DNA of 64,000 bases. Origin: Endomicrobiales bacterium. GTDB taxonomy: Bacteria; Elusimicrobiota; Endomicrobiia; Endomicrobiales; JALOBY01. The stretch is from contig CAWCNJ010000008.1 of assembly GCA_963796955.1 (NCBI GenBank), forward strand, positions 160,001 to 224,000, written 5' to 3'. The notes under the pieces were generated by a model that was not told the DNA's origin, searched no databases, and was given only the letters and a program-made list of their open reading frames with translations. Of this stretch, positions 1 to 11,700 are shown one piece after another. Numbering within the stretch: position 1 is the stretch's first letter; the number at the start of each line of letters is the position of its first letter. A program made the position numbers and the translations under genes.

Positions 1-153
1 ACTAAAGGGATACCCATAATAATCCTGACCGCGAAAGGCCAGATGAGAGATTTGTTCGGCATGGCAAGCAATGTTGCGGCATACGTCGAAAAACCCTTTG
101 ATCCTCAGATGCTGCGCCTTAAGATCAAAGAGATCGTAGCGAAAATGAGCTAA
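1..153 (+). CDS. Response regulator receiver (CheY-like) domain protein, 3' end only (runs off window start)
   Basis: Manual translation of frame 1 gives TKGIPIIILTAKGQ...AAYVEKPFDPQMLRLKIKEIV*, containing the receiver beta4 (IIILTA) and KPF motifs; not in ORF track. Confidence 0.85.
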   Translation, partial: TKGIPIIILTAKGQMRDLFGMASNVAAYVEKPFDPQMLRLKIKEIVAKMS

Positions 154-156
154 CTA

Positions 157-1623
157 ATGAACGATGAGATAATGGATTCGGCAACACCGCTGGAACAGAT
201 AATAGAGATACGCCGGCAAAAAGCGACCGCGTTGAAAGCCTCAGGGCGGGAATTGTACCCCGCACGGTTTCCATCCAACGGCGCGATCGGCACGATGCTT
301 GAAAAGTACCAGGAACTTGCTACCGGACAGGAAAGTACCGATGTGGTGCGCCTTGCGGGACGTATCGTGTCGCGCAGGGAAATGGGGAAAGCCTCATTTT
401 GTCATATTCAGGACGCGAGCGGCAAGATACAGATATATTTGAAAACCGGGAACGTGCCGGCCCCGCAGTATGCGGAGTTCAAGGACAATGTTGATATCGC
501 CGATTTTATCGGCGTGGAAGGAACGGTGTTCCGCACCCGCACCGGCGAGCTCAGCGTTCTGGCGGCTTCCTGGACCTTTCTCGGGAAATCGCTGCGGCCG
601 CTGCCTGAAAAGTGGCACGGCCTGAAGGATACGGAAACCAGATACCGTCAAAGGTACCTGGACCTGTTATCAAACCCTGATGTGAAAGATATCTTTGTAA
701 AACGAAGTATGATCATATCAACTATGCGACAGGAACTGCTGAACAGCGGATTCCTGGAAGTTGAAACTCCGATGATGCAGCCTATCGCCGGGGGCGCGAC
801 AGCAAGACCTTTTATTACTACTCACAACGCCCTGGGCATGCAGCTGTATCTGCGTATAGCTCCGGAGCTCTATTTGAAAAGGCTTGTTGCCGGCGGTATG
901 GAAAGAGTTTTCGAGATAGGTCGTAATTTCAGGAATGAAGGCATAGACCGTACGCACAACCCTGAATTTACCATGCTGGAGCTTTATCAGGCTTACGCGG
1001 ATTATAACGTAATGATGGATCTCTGCGAGAACCTGATAAAAAGCTGCGCTGGCAAACTTAATTTCGATATCAAGCCTTTCCGCAGGGCGACGATGTTCTC
1101 GCTGCTTGAAGAACATACGCACCAGGACGTCAAAAAGGCGTTTGTCGATAAAGCGGTTGTCTCTCTGTGCAAAAAAATGGGACTGCAGCTCGCGGATGAT
1201 ATTACGGAGAAAAAAGCGCTGGACCTGTTATTTGATAAATTCGTCGGGGATAAACTGATAGAACCGATCTTTGTCACAGAATTCCCGTCCGAATATTCAC
1301 CGCTGGCGAAACGCAAGGCCGATGATCCATTGATCGCCGAGCGCTTTGAACTCTACATCAACGGCCAGGAGATGGCGAACGCGTATTCCGAACAGAACGA
1401 TCCGCAAATACAGAAGCAGTGTTTTCAGGCCCAGATGGAAGAGAAGGCGAAAGGCGACGACGAAGCTCAACCATATGATGAAGATTATATCGTCGCCCTG
1501 GAGCACGGGCTGCCGCCGACCGGCGGGCTTGGCATCGGTATAGACCGGCTGGTCATGCTGTTGACGAACACCGACACGATCAGGGAAGTGATCTTGTTCC
1601 CGTTGATGAGGAACATTCAGTAG
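157..1623 (+). CDS. lysS: Lysine--tRNA ligase (class II)
   Basis: OB anticodon domain ([15 protein letters not shown]), [24 protein letters not shown], motif 2 FRNEG, motif 3 [11 protein letters not shown]. Confidence 0.98.
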   Translation: MNDEIMDSATPLEQIIEIRRQKATALKASGRELYPARFPSNGAIGTMLEKYQELATGQESTDVVRLAGRIVSRREMGKASFCHIQDASGKIQIYLKTGNVPAPQYAEFKDNVDIADFIGVEGTVFRTRTGELSVLAASWTFLGKSLRPLPEKWHGLKDTETRYRQRYLDLLSNPDVKDIFVKRSMIISTMRQELLNSGFLEVETPMMQPIAGGATARPFITTHNALGMQLYLRIAPELYLKRLVAGGMERVFEIGRNFRNEGIDRTHNPEFTMLELYQAYADYNVMMDLCENLIKSCAGKLNFDIKPFRRATMFSLLEEHTHQDVKKAFVDKAVVSLCKKMGLQLADDITEKKALDLLFDKFVGDKLIEPIFVTEFPSEYSPLAKRKADDPLIAERFELYINGQEMANAYSEQNDPQIQKQCFQAQMEEKAKGDDEAQPYDEDYIVALEHGLPPTGGLGIGIDRLVMLLTNTDTIREVILFPLMRNIQ

Positions 1624-1635
1624 CACGGAAGCCCT

Positions 1636-2847
1636 ATGTCTCTTGAATTATTTGTCGCACTCAGATATTTGAAAGCAAGAAGGAACGGCGTTTTCACACT
1701 GTTGACCACGTTGATAGCCGTCGGCGGTATAACGCTCGGCGTGGCGTCCTTGATAATAACTCTTTCGGTGATGAGCGGTTTTCACAGCGATATCCGCGAT
1801 AAGATACTGGGCTTGCAGCCTCACATCCTGATCGTCAAAGAGAACGGTGAACCCTTCACGGAATACGGGCAGGTTTCCGGGCGCCTGCTTAAAACACCCG
1901 GCACCGTCGCCGCAGCACCGTTCATTTACGGGCAGGCAATAGTACGCAGTAACGGAAGCACCCTTGGAACAGTCGTAAAAGGCATCGACTGGAACAAGGA
2001 GACCGGCCTGGTCAGCATCGGGAAAATGACGGTCGACCGCACCGTCGCTGACGGCGGTTTGAAGACGGGGGAAGTGCTGATCGGCAGCGAACTTGCCGGC
2101 AACCTTCGGGTACGCGCCGGCGATGACGTGGTACTGATGTTCCCGTCGCAGCTCTCTACGATACCGAAGATGGCGAAATTCAAGGTCCGTTCGCTGTTCC
2201 ATTCGGGCATGTACGAGTATGACGCCAATCTGTGCTATATAACCCTTACTGACGCGCAAAAGCTCTTTGATCTGCCCGCCGGCTCTGTTTCCGGCATCGG
2301 GCTAAAGCTCTCGGACTGGGATTCCTCGGCAATAATGGAAAAATATTTTCAACAAGTGTTGAAATATCCATACTGGGTCCGTTCCTGGCAGCGGATGAAC
2401 GGCAATCTCTTCGCCGCGCTGAAACTTGAAAAGATCATGATGTTCATTATACTCGGCCTGATCATACTGGTCGCTTCCTTCAACATCATCTCGAACCTGC
2501 TGCTGCTTTCAGTTGAAAAGGCGCGCGAGATCGGCATTATGTCCGCTGTCGGTATCCCGAGGGTCAGGATCGGCCTGGTGTTTTTCTGGGAAGGTGTAAT
2601 CACCGGCGGCACGGGAATAATCCTGGGTTTTATCTGCGGGATCAGCGCGGTGCTTGCCCTGGCGAAATATCAATTCATTAAGCTGCCGGCCGATGTGTAT
2701 TATATGGATCATTTGCCGGCAAAGATAGTGCCGTTTGACGTGGCAAGCGTCGCTGTGGCCGCGCTGTTCATTACCATCGTTGCCGCGATCTACCCGGCCT
2801 GGCAGGCCACCAGAATGAATCCGCTTGACGCGATACGGTACGGGTAA
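1636..2847 (+). CDS. lolC: Lipoprotein-releasing ABC transporter permease (LolC/E; single-gene LolF-like)
   Basis: N-term FVALRYL, GITLGVASLIITLSVMSGF, NLFAALKLEK, C-term IYPAWQATRMNP; adjacent to lolD. Confidence 0.9.
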   Translation: MSLELFVALRYLKARRNGVFTLLTTLIAVGGITLGVASLIITLSVMSGFHSDIRDKILGLQPHILIVKENGEPFTEYGQVSGRLLKTPGTVAAAPFIYGQAIVRSNGSTLGTVVKGIDWNKETGLVSIGKMTVDRTVADGGLKTGEVLIGSELAGNLRVRAGDDVVLMFPSQLSTIPKMAKFKVRSLFHSGMYEYDANLCYITLTDAQKLFDLPAGSVSGIGLKLSDWDSSAIMEKYFQQVLKYPYWVRSWQRMNGNLFAALKLEKIMMFIILGLIILVASFNIISNLLLLSVEKAREIGIMSAVGIPRVRIGLVFFWEGVITGGTGIILGFICGISAVLALAKYQFIKLPADVYYMDHLPAKIVPFDVASVAVAALFITIVAAIYPAWQATRMNPLDAIRYG

Positions 2848-2852
2848 CGAGC

Positions 2853-3521
2853 ATGAACGTTCGTTTTGAAAATATATTTAAAACCTATCAGCTGAGCAGT
2901 AGTGTGGAAGTGAAAGCCCTGAGAGGTGTTAACGCGACCATTGAGCAGGGTGAGGCGGTCGCGATAGTCGGCCCCTCGGGCGCGGGCAAAAGCACGCTGT
3001 TGCACCTGGCGGGGCTTATGGACCGGCCAACCGGCGGTGATGTGTTCCTTGATAATAAGAACGTGACAGCATATCCGGAAAAGCTTTCCTGTGATCTGCG
3101 GCGTGAACACATCGGCTTCATTTTTCAGATGCATTACCTGCTGCCCGAGTTCACCGTCCTTGAGAACGTGCTTATCCCGGTGTGGGATAAACGCCGTTCG
3201 ATCGTGAAGGATGCGCAGTCACTGTTGGATTCGCTCGGCTTGACGGAAAGGCTTCACCACCTGCCATCGGAACTTTCCGGCGGGGAACAACAGCGGGTTG
3301 CCATGGCGCGTGCGTTGATCAGCGGTCCTTCACTGGTGCTTGCTGATGAGCCGACCGGCAACCTGGACCGTGAGACGGGCGCGCTGGTAGAAGATCTGTT
3401 GCTGGCCGAATGCAAACGCAGGAACGCGACGTTGATAGTGGTAACGCACAATGCGGAGCTGGCGGCAAAAGCGGGCAGGATAATTTCGATGCGCGACGGG
3501 ATGATAGAAAATTTTGCTTGA
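2853..3521 (+). CDS. lolD: Lipoprotein-releasing ABC transporter ATPase
   Basis: Walker [10 protein letters not shown], LolD motif [32 protein letters not shown]. Confidence 0.9.
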   Translation: MNVRFENIFKTYQLSSSVEVKALRGVNATIEQGEAVAIVGPSGAGKSTLLHLAGLMDRPTGGDVFLDNKNVTAYPEKLSCDLRREHIGFIFQMHYLLPEFTVLENVLIPVWDKRRSIVKDAQSLLDSLGLTERLHHLPSELSGGEQQRVAMARALISGPSLVLADEPTGNLDRETGALVEDLLLAECKRRNATLIVVTHNAELAAKAGRIISMRDGMIENFA

Positions 3522-3549
3522 GGCGATACTAAACGCACGAGGTACTAAA

Positions 3550-4428
3550 ATGAAGATATGGCTTGACGGGAATTTGGTTGATAAAGAAGACGCAAAAATA
3601 TCGGTATTCGACCACGGGCTGCTTTACGGCGACGGTGTGTTCGAAGGCATACGGGCGTATAACGGCAGGGTTTTCCGTCTGAGAGAACATCTTGACCGTC
3701 TCTACGCTTCTGCCCACGCGATCATGCTGGATCCGGGAATGAAAAAGAAGGATATGGAAGCCGCCGTAATAGAGACGCTGCGCGCTAACAAGCTGAAGGA
3801 CGCCTACATCCGCCTGGTCGTTACCCGCGGCTTCGGTGACCTTGGTCTTGACCCGCGGAAATGCCCGAAACCGACTATATTCATCATAGCGGACAAGATA
3901 AAGCTGTATCCCGAAGAGGTATACACCGACGGGCTTGAATTGATAACAGCCGCTACCAGGCGTACGATACCCGATTCCTTAAGCCCCTGCATAAAATCGT
4001 TGAACTATCTTAACAATATCATCGCGAAGATAGAATGCATACGCGCCAATGTTCCGGAAGCGATCATGCTTAACGCGCAGGGGCATGTTGCCGAATGTAC
4101 CGGCGATAATATATTCGTTTTGAAAGAGAACACGCTGATAACTCCGCCGACGTGGGAAGGGGCGCTTGACGGTATCACGCGCGGCGCGGTCATGGAACTG
4201 GCAAAGAACAAAATGAAGCTGCTGGTAAAGGAAGATGTTATAACCCAATACCATGTGTATAACGCTGATGAATGTTTTTTAACGGGCACCGCGGCTGAGG
4301 TAATACCGGTGGTCAAGGTTGACGGAAGGACAATTGCGGACGGGAAACCCGGGAAGATAACGTTAAAACTGGTCAAGGAATTCAGAGAGCTGACACGCCT
4401 GACCGGTGTTCCCATATACGAACGATGA
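3550..4428 (+). CDS. ilvE: Branched-chain amino acid aminotransferase (PLP class IV)
   Basis: DHGLLYGDGVFEGIRAY, IKSLNY (PLP lysine), FLTGTAAEV; start moved to ATG 3550 after GAGG. Confidence 0.95.
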   Translation: MKIWLDGNLVDKEDAKISVFDHGLLYGDGVFEGIRAYNGRVFRLREHLDRLYASAHAIMLDPGMKKKDMEAAVIETLRANKLKDAYIRLVVTRGFGDLGLDPRKCPKPTIFIIADKIKLYPEEVYTDGLELITAATRRTIPDSLSPCIKSLNYLNNIIAKIECIRANVPEAIMLNAQGHVAECTGDNIFVLKENTLITPPTWEGALDGITRGAVMELAKNKMKLLVKEDVITQYHVYNADECFLTGTAAEVIPVVKVDGRTIADGKPGKITLKLVKEFRELTRLTGVPIYER

Positions 4429-4465
4429 CACGGAAAGAAGCGCTTTTTGGAAGCAGGGAGGGATC

Positions 4466-6946
4466 ATGTCCAATAGATTTACTGAACGGGTGCAAAGAGT
4501 AATAATAATCGCCCAGGAAGAGGCAAAAAGACTTAACCACGATTACGTCGGTACGGAACACCTGCTTCTGGGACTGGTAGCGCTCGGCGAGGGTGTTGCG
4601 GCGAAAGTCTTCGCGAACCTCGGCGTAGACCTGCGACGTGTGCGGGCGGAAGTGGAAAAGCTGGTGGGGACCGGCGACAACGTGATGCTGCTGGGAGAGA
4701 TACCTTTCACGCCCCGGGCGAAAAAGGTGCTGGAGTTGGCCGTCGAAGAGGCGCAGTCCCTGAGCCAATCGTACGTCGGGACTGAACATCTGCTGCTCGG
4801 GCTTTTGAGAGAAGAAGAAGGCATAGCCGCCCGCGTGCTGGAAAACCTGGGTGTGCATATCAGCGAGGTCCGCGAAGAGATCGTCTCCATGATGTCCAAC
4901 GAGGATGAATCCGCGCCCGCCGGTGAAAAGAAGACAGGAAAATCAAAAACAAAAACACCGACACTCGACGAATTCGGCAGGGACCTTACGGCCCAGGCAC
5001 GCGAAAGCAAGCTGGACCCGGTCGTCGGCCGCGATGAAGAGATCGAACGGTTGATACAGATACTGTCGCGCCGCACCAAAAACAATCCGGTGCTGATCGG
5101 TGATCCTGGCGTTGGAAAAACCGCTATCGTGGAAGGCCTGGCGCAGCGGATCATATCGGGTGATACGCCGGAATTGCTGCATAATAAACGCGTTATGACC
5201 CTTGACCTGGCCGCAGTGGTAGCGGGAACAAAATACCGCGGAGAGTTCGAGCAGCGTTTAAAGACCATAATGGAAGAAGTTAAACACGCGAAGAACAGCG
5301 TTATATTGTTCATCGATGAACTGCACACCGTTATCGGCGCCGGTGCGGCGGAGGGTGCTATAGACGCTTCGAATATGCTTAAACCGGCGCTCGCGCGCGG
5401 CGAGCTGCAATGCATCGGCGCGACGACCCTGGACGAATACCGGAAACACATAGAACATGATGCCGCTCTTGAACGGCGTTTTCAGCCTATTGTCGTAGAA
5501 CCACCCACGGTAGAGCAGACGGTACAGATATTGCACGGTTTGAAGGAACGCTATGAGACGCATCACAAAGTGCATTATGACGACGGCAGCCTGCGCGCAG
5601 CCGCGGAACTTTCTGAGCGCTACATTACGGACCGTTATTTGCCCGATAAGGCCATAGACTTGATCGACGAAGCCGGTGCGCGCGCGCGTCTGCAGACATC
5701 CCAGCCGCCCGACTATATACTTGCCAGGGAAACAGAATTGCTCGCCGTAACGCAGGAGAAGGAATCGGCGATCTCCCGGCAGGAATATGAGAAAGCGGCA
5801 AAACTGCGCGACACCGAAAAAGAAATGCGCAAAACATTGGACGAAGAACGGAAAAAGTGGAAGGCGACCCGTGAAGAGAATTGGCCCAGCATCAACGCGG
5901 ACGACATCGCACAGCTTATCTCAAAGTGGACCCGCATACCGGTCACCCGGCTGACGGAAACGGAATCTGAAAAGCTGCTGCGCATGGAAGGCGAACTGCA
6001 TAAACGGGTCATTGGTCAGCATGAACCCATACTGGCCCTTTCCAAGGCGATACGGCGCAGCCGCACGGGAATGAAAGATCCGCGCAAGCCGATCGGTGGA
6101 TTTATTTTCCTGGGCCCGACCGGCGTTGGGAAGACCGAGCTCGCCCGGGCTCTGGCGGAATACATGTTCGGCAATGAAGAAGCCCTCATTCGCGTCGACA
6201 TGTCCGAATACATGGAAAAATTCTCGGTGTCGCGTCTGATCGGCGCGCCTCCGGGCTACGTCGGCTACGACGAAGGCGGACAGCTGGCCGAACAGGTGCG
6301 CCGTAAGCCCTATGCGGTGGTCTTGCTCGACGAGATCGAAAAAGCACATCCTGATGTTTTCAATATACTGCTCCAGATACTCGATGACGGTATCCTGACG
6401 GATAATCTGGGACATAAGGTAAACTTCAAGAATACGGTCATCATAATGACATCGAATGTGGGAGCGCGCCTGATATCCAAGGGGAAATCACTCGGGTTCC
6501 TGGTGCAGGAAGATGCCGCCTCAGATTATGAGAACATGAAAGAGACCGTTAACGGCGAACTGAGAAAAGTATTCAATCCGGAATTTCTCAATAGAGTCGA
6601 TGAGACGATCGTTTTTCACCCGCTCTCGCGCGAAGAAATGAAAGAGATACTGGACCTGATGATAGAACGCGGCAAGGGAAGGGTAGCCCAGCAGGGCTTT
6701 ACCCTTGAGATCGCCGACAATGTAAAGGAATTCCTGCTTGAGCACGGTTTCGATCCCGAGTACGGCGCGCGGCCGCTGGTGCGCACTATTCAGCATTACA
6801 TCGAAGACCCGCTGGTCGAGCACATTCTCGGGAAGCATCTGGTGCACGCGGCAGGAGAACCTCTTATCAAGGTGTTCGTGACCTTGAACACGGAAACTAA
6901 AAAGATAGAGTTTCAACCGGAAGAAAAGCCAAAAGTTGTTTCCTGA
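4466..6946 (+). CDS. clpC: ATP-dependent Clp protease ATPase subunit, ClpC type
   Basis: Two Clp_N repeats (GTEHLLLGL x2), AAA1 [11 protein letters not shown] coiled coil ([11 protein letters not shown]), AAA2 GPTGVGKT, ClpP-loop SLGF; ATG 4466 with GGGAGGG SD. Confidence 0.95.
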   Translation: MSNRFTERVQRVIIIAQEEAKRLNHDYVGTEHLLLGLVALGEGVAAKVFANLGVDLRRVRAEVEKLVGTGDNVMLLGEIPFTPRAKKVLELAVEEAQSLSQSYVGTEHLLLGLLREEEGIAARVLENLGVHISEVREEIVSMMSNEDESAPAGEKKTGKSKTKTPTLDEFGRDLTAQARESKLDPVVGRDEEIERLIQILSRRTKNNPVLIGDPGVGKTAIVEGLAQRIISGDTPELLHNKRVMTLDLAAVVAGTKYRGEFEQRLKTIMEEVKHAKNSVILFIDELHTVIGAGAAEGAIDASNMLKPALARGELQCIGATTLDEYRKHIEHDAALERRFQPIVVEPPTVEQTVQILHGLKERYETHHKVHYDDGSLRAAAELSERYITDRYLPDKAIDLIDEAGARARLQTSQPPDYILARETELLAVTQEKESAISRQEYEKAAKLRDTEKEMRKTLDEERKKWKATREENWPSINADDIAQLISKWTRIPVTRLTETESEKLLRMEGELHKRVIGQHEPILALSKAIRRSRTGMKDPRKPIGGFIFLGPTGVGKTELARALAEYMFGNEEALIRVDMSEYMEKFSVSRLIGAPPGYVGYDEGGQLAEQVRRKPYAVVLLDEIEKAHPDVFNILLQILDDGILTDNLGHKVNFKNTVIIMTSNVGARLISKGKSLGFLVQEDAASDYENMKETVNGELRKVFNPEFLNRVDETIVFHPLSREEMKEILDLMIERGKGRVAQQGFTLEIADNVKEFLLEHGFDPEYGARPLVRTIQHYIEDPLVEHILGKHLVHAAGEPLIKVFVTLNTETKKIEFQPEEKPKVVS

Positions 6947-6948
6947 AA

Positions 6949-9900
6949 ATGCTGAAACGGATCTCCATAACGCTGGGCGCGCTTATTGTTATCACGGCAC
7001 TGGTATCTGTCTTTGCCTGGCGACTGCGTTTTGTGGAGGCTCCGGCTGAAAGTATAATGCGCAGGGTCCTGGGCATACCGGTAACTTTTGACCGTATTGA
7101 CTACCGCCTGTTCAACAGGATCACGCTGACGAATCTGACCCTCGGCACCAGCTTGAAATGCAACAGTATCACCGTCTATTTCAATCCCCTGCCGCTGTTA
7201 TTTGCACATGATAAACTGCGGGCGCTGGCAGCCATCGATATCGAAAGCCCGGACATTACCTGCGGACCTGAACTGAACGGGCTTATACAACGGGGCTCTG
7301 CGCCGGCAGGGGCGCATACTCCTGCGTTATCGATAACGTGTCATGATGGAACTCTCCGCTACAGCGGCATCGTTGTGTCAGGCCTTTCCGGTAAGATCTC
7401 CTCCGGTGAAAAAACCTCTGCAAAACTCAGGATGTATGCCGCCGGCAGGGCGATCAATGTATCGTTGTACAAAGAACGTCCCGACATGGTCAAAGCGATC
7501 GCCGAAGTTGTTTCGCGGGACCTGAACGCGAAAGTATTGGTTTCGATGCAGATCGGCGCGGACACGGCCGGCGGGACCTATGTTATTCCGCAATTCTCAT
7601 GGAAAACCTATCACATTGCCAACGCGAGCGGCACGTTCGTGTATGCGCCCGATAAATTAAACGTTACCCTCGAACATCCTGCGATAAATGCCCGGCTCTA
7701 CGGCATCAACTATTCCACATTCACGGTCAGCGGACACGCGGTGCTGGACGGTCTGGTCAGCGGTATGACCGGCAGCGCGGATGTTTTGATCAGTAAGGCA
7801 GGGGAGAAATATTCCGGCTTGTTAACCGCCGCCAACACGCGCTGGAGTTCCTCCCTGGTGTCCAGTTCAACGACGATCAAATTCAATAACAATCCCCAAA
7901 GCGGTGACTGGTATCTGGAGGCGCTGCTCGATCCGTCACAATACCGGATAAAGTGCTTTTTGAATAACTCCGGAGCGGTAAAGACCGTCTTTTATGGACC
8001 GCGAAGATCTTCGGGAGAGATCACGGGCGTTCTTTTCTCCTCAGCAACCAGCTTGAGCTTCAACTTTCCCGACTGGCCGGTGGCGAATATGCCTCTAGTG
8101 TCAGCGCTCTACCCGGACATCGAAGGTCACCTTCAATTGCGTGGCTCGTATACGCCTGAAAGAGCAGAGGCTTTTCTGAATGTCTATTCTCTTTCACAGC
8201 AGCGCTCAGAACCCGTATCCTGGTATGCGAACCTAACCAGCTCAAGCTCGGGTACCGTGGTCGCCGCGATGTCAAAATACAACGACTGGCAATGCAACGC
8301 CCGCCGTGACACTGGCGGTGGATGGGATATTAACGCGGTGTTCTCCAACGCGAAGCTTCCGCTGTACCTGCGTTTCTTCGATCAGACCCTGCGCCCTGAA
8401 GGCATACTGAGCGGCACCGCCTCATATTCAACGGCTTCAGGGAACGGCGAATGCAGGTTGTCGATAAAGGATTTCAAGAACGGCGGTTTTTTTGCGTCCG
8501 AGATAAGGGCAAAGGCTGCGATCGACAGCAACACCATCAGTATTAAAGAAGGAGCCGTTTTTTGCAAAGACGGTACGCTGACGGCAAGCGGTGTCATTGG
8601 ACGCTCAAAAGAGGCGCAAGAGGGCACGGTCTCTGTCATCGCGCATCATTTTCAGCTTGCCGATAACGTATCCTTCTCAGGGAATTTTACGTTGAACGGC
8701 GCTTTTGATCCGGACAAGGCGATTTACAGCGGCCGCATATCCGGTAATAACGTGGGCATAAACAATATCTCTGCTTTAAAATTGGATTCTCATTTCAGTT
8801 GTTCTTCGCGCGCACTGGCGATCGACTCTTTTACGCTCAGCCCGTATGCCAGGGGTAACGCGATCGTGAATTTTTCCAAACCCGTGAAAGTGGCCGGAAA
8901 GCTGACCGTCTCAAAATTCCCGCTGCAATCCCTGTACGGTCCCCTGAAAGGTCCGGTGAGCGGCGAATTGAACATTAACGGCTCGCCGGGCAGCTGGAGC
9001 GCCGATGTCGTTGCGCTGGCTCCGGCGTTGACCTATAAGAAAACGGTCTTCGCGGCGAATTTACATAGTCATGCGCGTGAAGGGCGGTTGTATCTTGACG
9101 CTTTGAGCCTTCAGTCCGGAAGGCAGTCGGCGCAACTAACCGGTTTGGTAATGCCGACAGTGAAGCTGACCGGCACTGTCTCAAATACCGAGGTTAAAAC
9201 TCTCGGTGCGCTCGTCGACGGGTTCCCTGAATCTGCGGGGGGGACGATCTCAGCGACGGTAGCCGTTACCGGTACGCTCGATGAGCCCGCAGTCCTGCTC
9301 TCGCTTGCCGGTAAGGATGTGTTCTATGATAAGCTTCACGCGACGAATGTTGCGGGTATCGCGGGCTACACCAGCGGCCTGATAACTATTTCGACCATAA
9401 CGGTACATATCGCTGACAGCGAATTTCTTGTTGTCGGCAGCACCATTGATCTGAAACAAAGCCTTTTTAATATTACGACGGTGGCTAAAAACACCCATGC
9501 GGGGCCGTTCGATCTGTTCGGTAAATTTCGCTGGGCCGGCGGCTGGAAAACGGATGACCATGGGAAACCGTCGGCAGCGGTTGTCGTCAGCGGCCGGGAT
9601 CTGTGGATAAACCAGTATTCGCTTCCGGCTGCCCAGATCGATATGCGCTACCGGGATGGGGCCGTGACTTTCGCGCCCATGTCGGGACAGCCTTTACAGG
9701 TTTCGGGTGTTCTTGATCTTAACGAGGCTCCTCAGATAACGTTGCGGAACTTTGTAATGACCCAGCCGGCGGACAATGCTACGTTAAGCGCCGCCGGTGA
9801 GGCGGGTCCGGGAAAATGGGACTTCACGATCAATGCAGTTAATATTCCTGCCGGCGCGACAGCGGATATGTTCAACTCGCCGGCCCAGATGGATGGCCTG

Positions 9901-11577
9901 ATAACCGGAACCGTCGTGGCTTCAGGAACGATGGCTTCACCGCAGCTGGAGAGCAGTCTCAACCTGGTCAACGGTTCCATAGCCGGCATCCCCTGCGACA
10001 ATTTCAACCTTCAGGTAAGTGTGCGCAGGGATACCGCGACCATAACCCGCGCACGCTGGGTCAAGGAGGGAATGTATACGGTCGTCGCCAACGGCTATAT
10101 GCCGTTCGCTCTTACTTCCGCTGCATATAAACGCGTGTATCGCAACCCGATGGATGTTACGATCTCCATTGAGGAAGGGTCGCTTGGGTTCCTCACTTCG
10201 GTTTTCAGCGATATCAAGTCTGCGAAGGGCTCGCTGCACAGCCAGCTGCGCCTGGCCGGCACCCTGCACCGCCCGGTAACGAACGGCTATGTGAAGATCG
10301 AGAACGGTGAGATAGAATCAAAAGATTATATAAGCCATATCTCGCAGCTTACGGCCAACTGTATATGGAGAAATAACCTTCTGACCTTCAGTAACTGTCA
10401 CGCCGCTATCGGCGGCGGTAATCTAGCCCTGGGCGGATCCGTAAAATTCGACGGCATCATCCCTGCTTTTTATGACCTGTCCTTAAAGACAACTGGAAAG
10501 AAGGGCATACCTCTTTCCATTCCGGAACTGCCCATACCATCACCTCTGATAAAAACGGGCATCATGTCTTCTCTTTCCAGGGGAGAACCCCAGATCGCGC
10601 TAAAGCTTTCCGGCCCGGCCGCGGCGCCGTCCCTCTCCGGCTACGCGCTGCTGGACAACACCAATTTTACCTTTCCGTCGCTCGCGCCCAGGTCGGACGG
10701 CGACAACCCGCTCTCTGCGTTGATAGATAATCTAAAATGGGACTTTGAATTCCGCTCCGGAAAGAATACCTGGTTCGAGAATGAGCTGGTCCATGTGAAT
10801 ATTCAGGGAGCGATCCATCTGGGCGGTGTCGGCCGTCACCCTGATGTGGACGGAAAAATTGAAACCACGAACGGAAGTATTACCTACCTGGGAACGGAAT
10901 TCAGTGTAAAGCACGCGTTGTTGGAGATCGTTAAGAACAATGTTGCTCTGGAGGGCCAGGCCGAGGCGGAAATGTCTAACTCTCAGACGAACCTGCCCGA
11001 TGTCATCGATGTTGATGTGAGCCTTGCTCCTCTGGACAAGATAGTCCCGCGATTTTCGTCCCGTAATGATCCTTCGATGACCCAGGCAAAAGCGCTTGGG
11101 CTGGTGGCCGGGGCCGACCCGGAAAAGATGGATAACACCGACCAGCAATACTATATGCGTTCGCAGTTCATACGTTTATTCGATTCCACGCTTGCCACAC
11201 CGCTGGCCAAGAACATTTTACGGCGCAGCGGGCTGGCGGATACTTTTCATGTCAGTTATCAGCCAAAAGCGAACGTGGTGACAGCCACCCCCGGCGCACC
11301 GACCTTATCCGAGCTGATGGTGGGCACCAAATATACCATGGGAAAGTATCTGACCGATAAAATGTTGTTCGGCTATTCGGTGGCATTTGACCAGATACAG
11401 AACAAACTTGACTTGCGGCACGCGCTGGAGCTGTCGTACCGCTGGACACCTAACCTGTACCTGAAGGGATTGTACGAACTGAACTCTGATGATAATGCAT
11501 CTCTTCCAGACCGCAGGGTCACGGTTGAACGTCAATGGCGGTTCGGTTTCGGCGGCGATGGAAAGAAGGGAAAATAA
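6949..11577 (+). CDS. tamB: TamB / AsmA-like translocation-assembly module protein
   Basis: N-terminal TM anchor, ~1500 aa beta-rich repeats (GTLDEPAV, GTLHRPVTNG), C-terminal TamB-like strands (MGKYLTDKMLFGYS...LSYRWTPNLYL); directly upstream of bamA. Confidence 0.8.
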   Translation: MLKRISITLGALIVITALVSVFAWRLRFVEAPAESIMRRVLGIPVTFDRIDYRLFNRITLTNLTLGTSLKCNSITVYFNPLPLLFAHDKLRALAAIDIESPDITCGPELNGLIQRGSAPAGAHTPALSITCHDGTLRYSGIVVSGLSGKISSGEKTSAKLRMYAAGRAINVSLYKERPDMVKAIAEVVSRDLNAKVLVSMQIGADTAGGTYVIPQFSWKTYHIANASGTFVYAPDKLNVTLEHPAINARLYGINYSTFTVSGHAVLDGLVSGMTGSADVLISKAGEKYSGLLTAANTRWSSSLVSSSTTIKFNNNPQSGDWYLEALLDPSQYRIKCFLNNSGAVKTVFYGPRRSSGEITGVLFSSATSLSFNFPDWPVANMPLVSALYPDIEGHLQLRGSYTPERAEAFLNVYSLSQQRSEPVSWYANLTSSSSGTVVAAMSKYNDWQCNARRDTGGGWDINAVFSNAKLPLYLRFFDQTLRPEGILSGTASYSTASGNGECRLSIKDFKNGGFFASEIRAKAAIDSNTISIKEGAVFCKDGTLTASGVIGRSKEAQEGTVSVIAHHFQLADNVSFSGNFTLNGAFDPDKAIYSGRISGNNVGINNISALKLDSHFSCSSRALAIDSFTLSPYARGNAIVNFSKPVKVAGKLTVSKFPLQSLYGPLKGPVSGELNINGSPGSWSADVVALAPALTYKKTVFAANLHSHAREGRLYLDALSLQSGRQSAQLTGLVMPTVKLTGTVSNTEVKTLGALVDGFPESAGGTISATVAVTGTLDEPAVLLSLAGKDVFYDKLHATNVAGIAGYTSGLITISTITVHIADSEFLVVGSTIDLKQSLFNITTVAKNTHAGPFDLFGKFRWAGGWKTDDHGKPSAAVVVSGRDLWINQYSLPAAQIDMRYRDGAVTFAPMSGQPLQVSGVLDLNEAPQITLRNFVMTQPADNATLSAAGEAGPGKWDFTINAVNIPAGATADMFNSPAQMDGLITGTVVASGTMASPQLESSLNLVNGSIAGIPCDNFNLQVSVRRDTATITRARWVKEGMYTVVANGYMPFALTSAAYKRVYRNPMDVTISIEEGSLGFLTSVFSDIKSAKGSLHSQLRLAGTLHRPVTNGYVKIENGEIESKDYISHISQLTANCIWRNNLLTFSNCHAAIGGGNLALGGSVKFDGIIPAFYDLSLKTTGKKGIPLSIPELPIPSPLIKTGIMSSLSRGEPQIALKLSGPAAAPSLSGYALLDNTNFTFPSLAPRSDGDNPLSALIDNLKWDFEFRSGKNTWFENELVHVNIQGAIHLGGVGRHPDVDGKIETTNGSITYLGTEFSVKHALLEIVKNNVALEGQAEAEMSNSQTNLPDVIDVDVSLAPLDKIVPRFSSRNDPSMTQAKALGLVAGADPEKMDNTDQQYYMRSQFIRLFDSTLATPLAKNILRRSGLADTFHVSYQPKANVVTATPGAPTLSELMVGTKYTMGKYLTDKMLFGYSVAFDQIQNKLDLRHALELSYRWTPNLYLKGLYELNSDDNASLPDRRVTVERQWRFGFGGDGKKGK

Positions 11578-11606
11578 TTGCCAGCAGGCGCCGTTTTTTG
11601 TATAAT
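11578..11606 (+). promoter_or_regulatory. Sigma70-type promoter for bamA-lpx operon
   Basis: TTGCCA (11578-83), 17 nt spacer, TATAAT (11601-06) in an AT-rich intergenic gap. Confidence 0.7.
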
Positions 11607-11700
11607 CAACAGGATAAAATATCATACTTGAAACTAATAATAGCATAGCACAGTCTAATAATCGATTGAATTTGCTATCACAAATTTTAGAGGGGCTCTA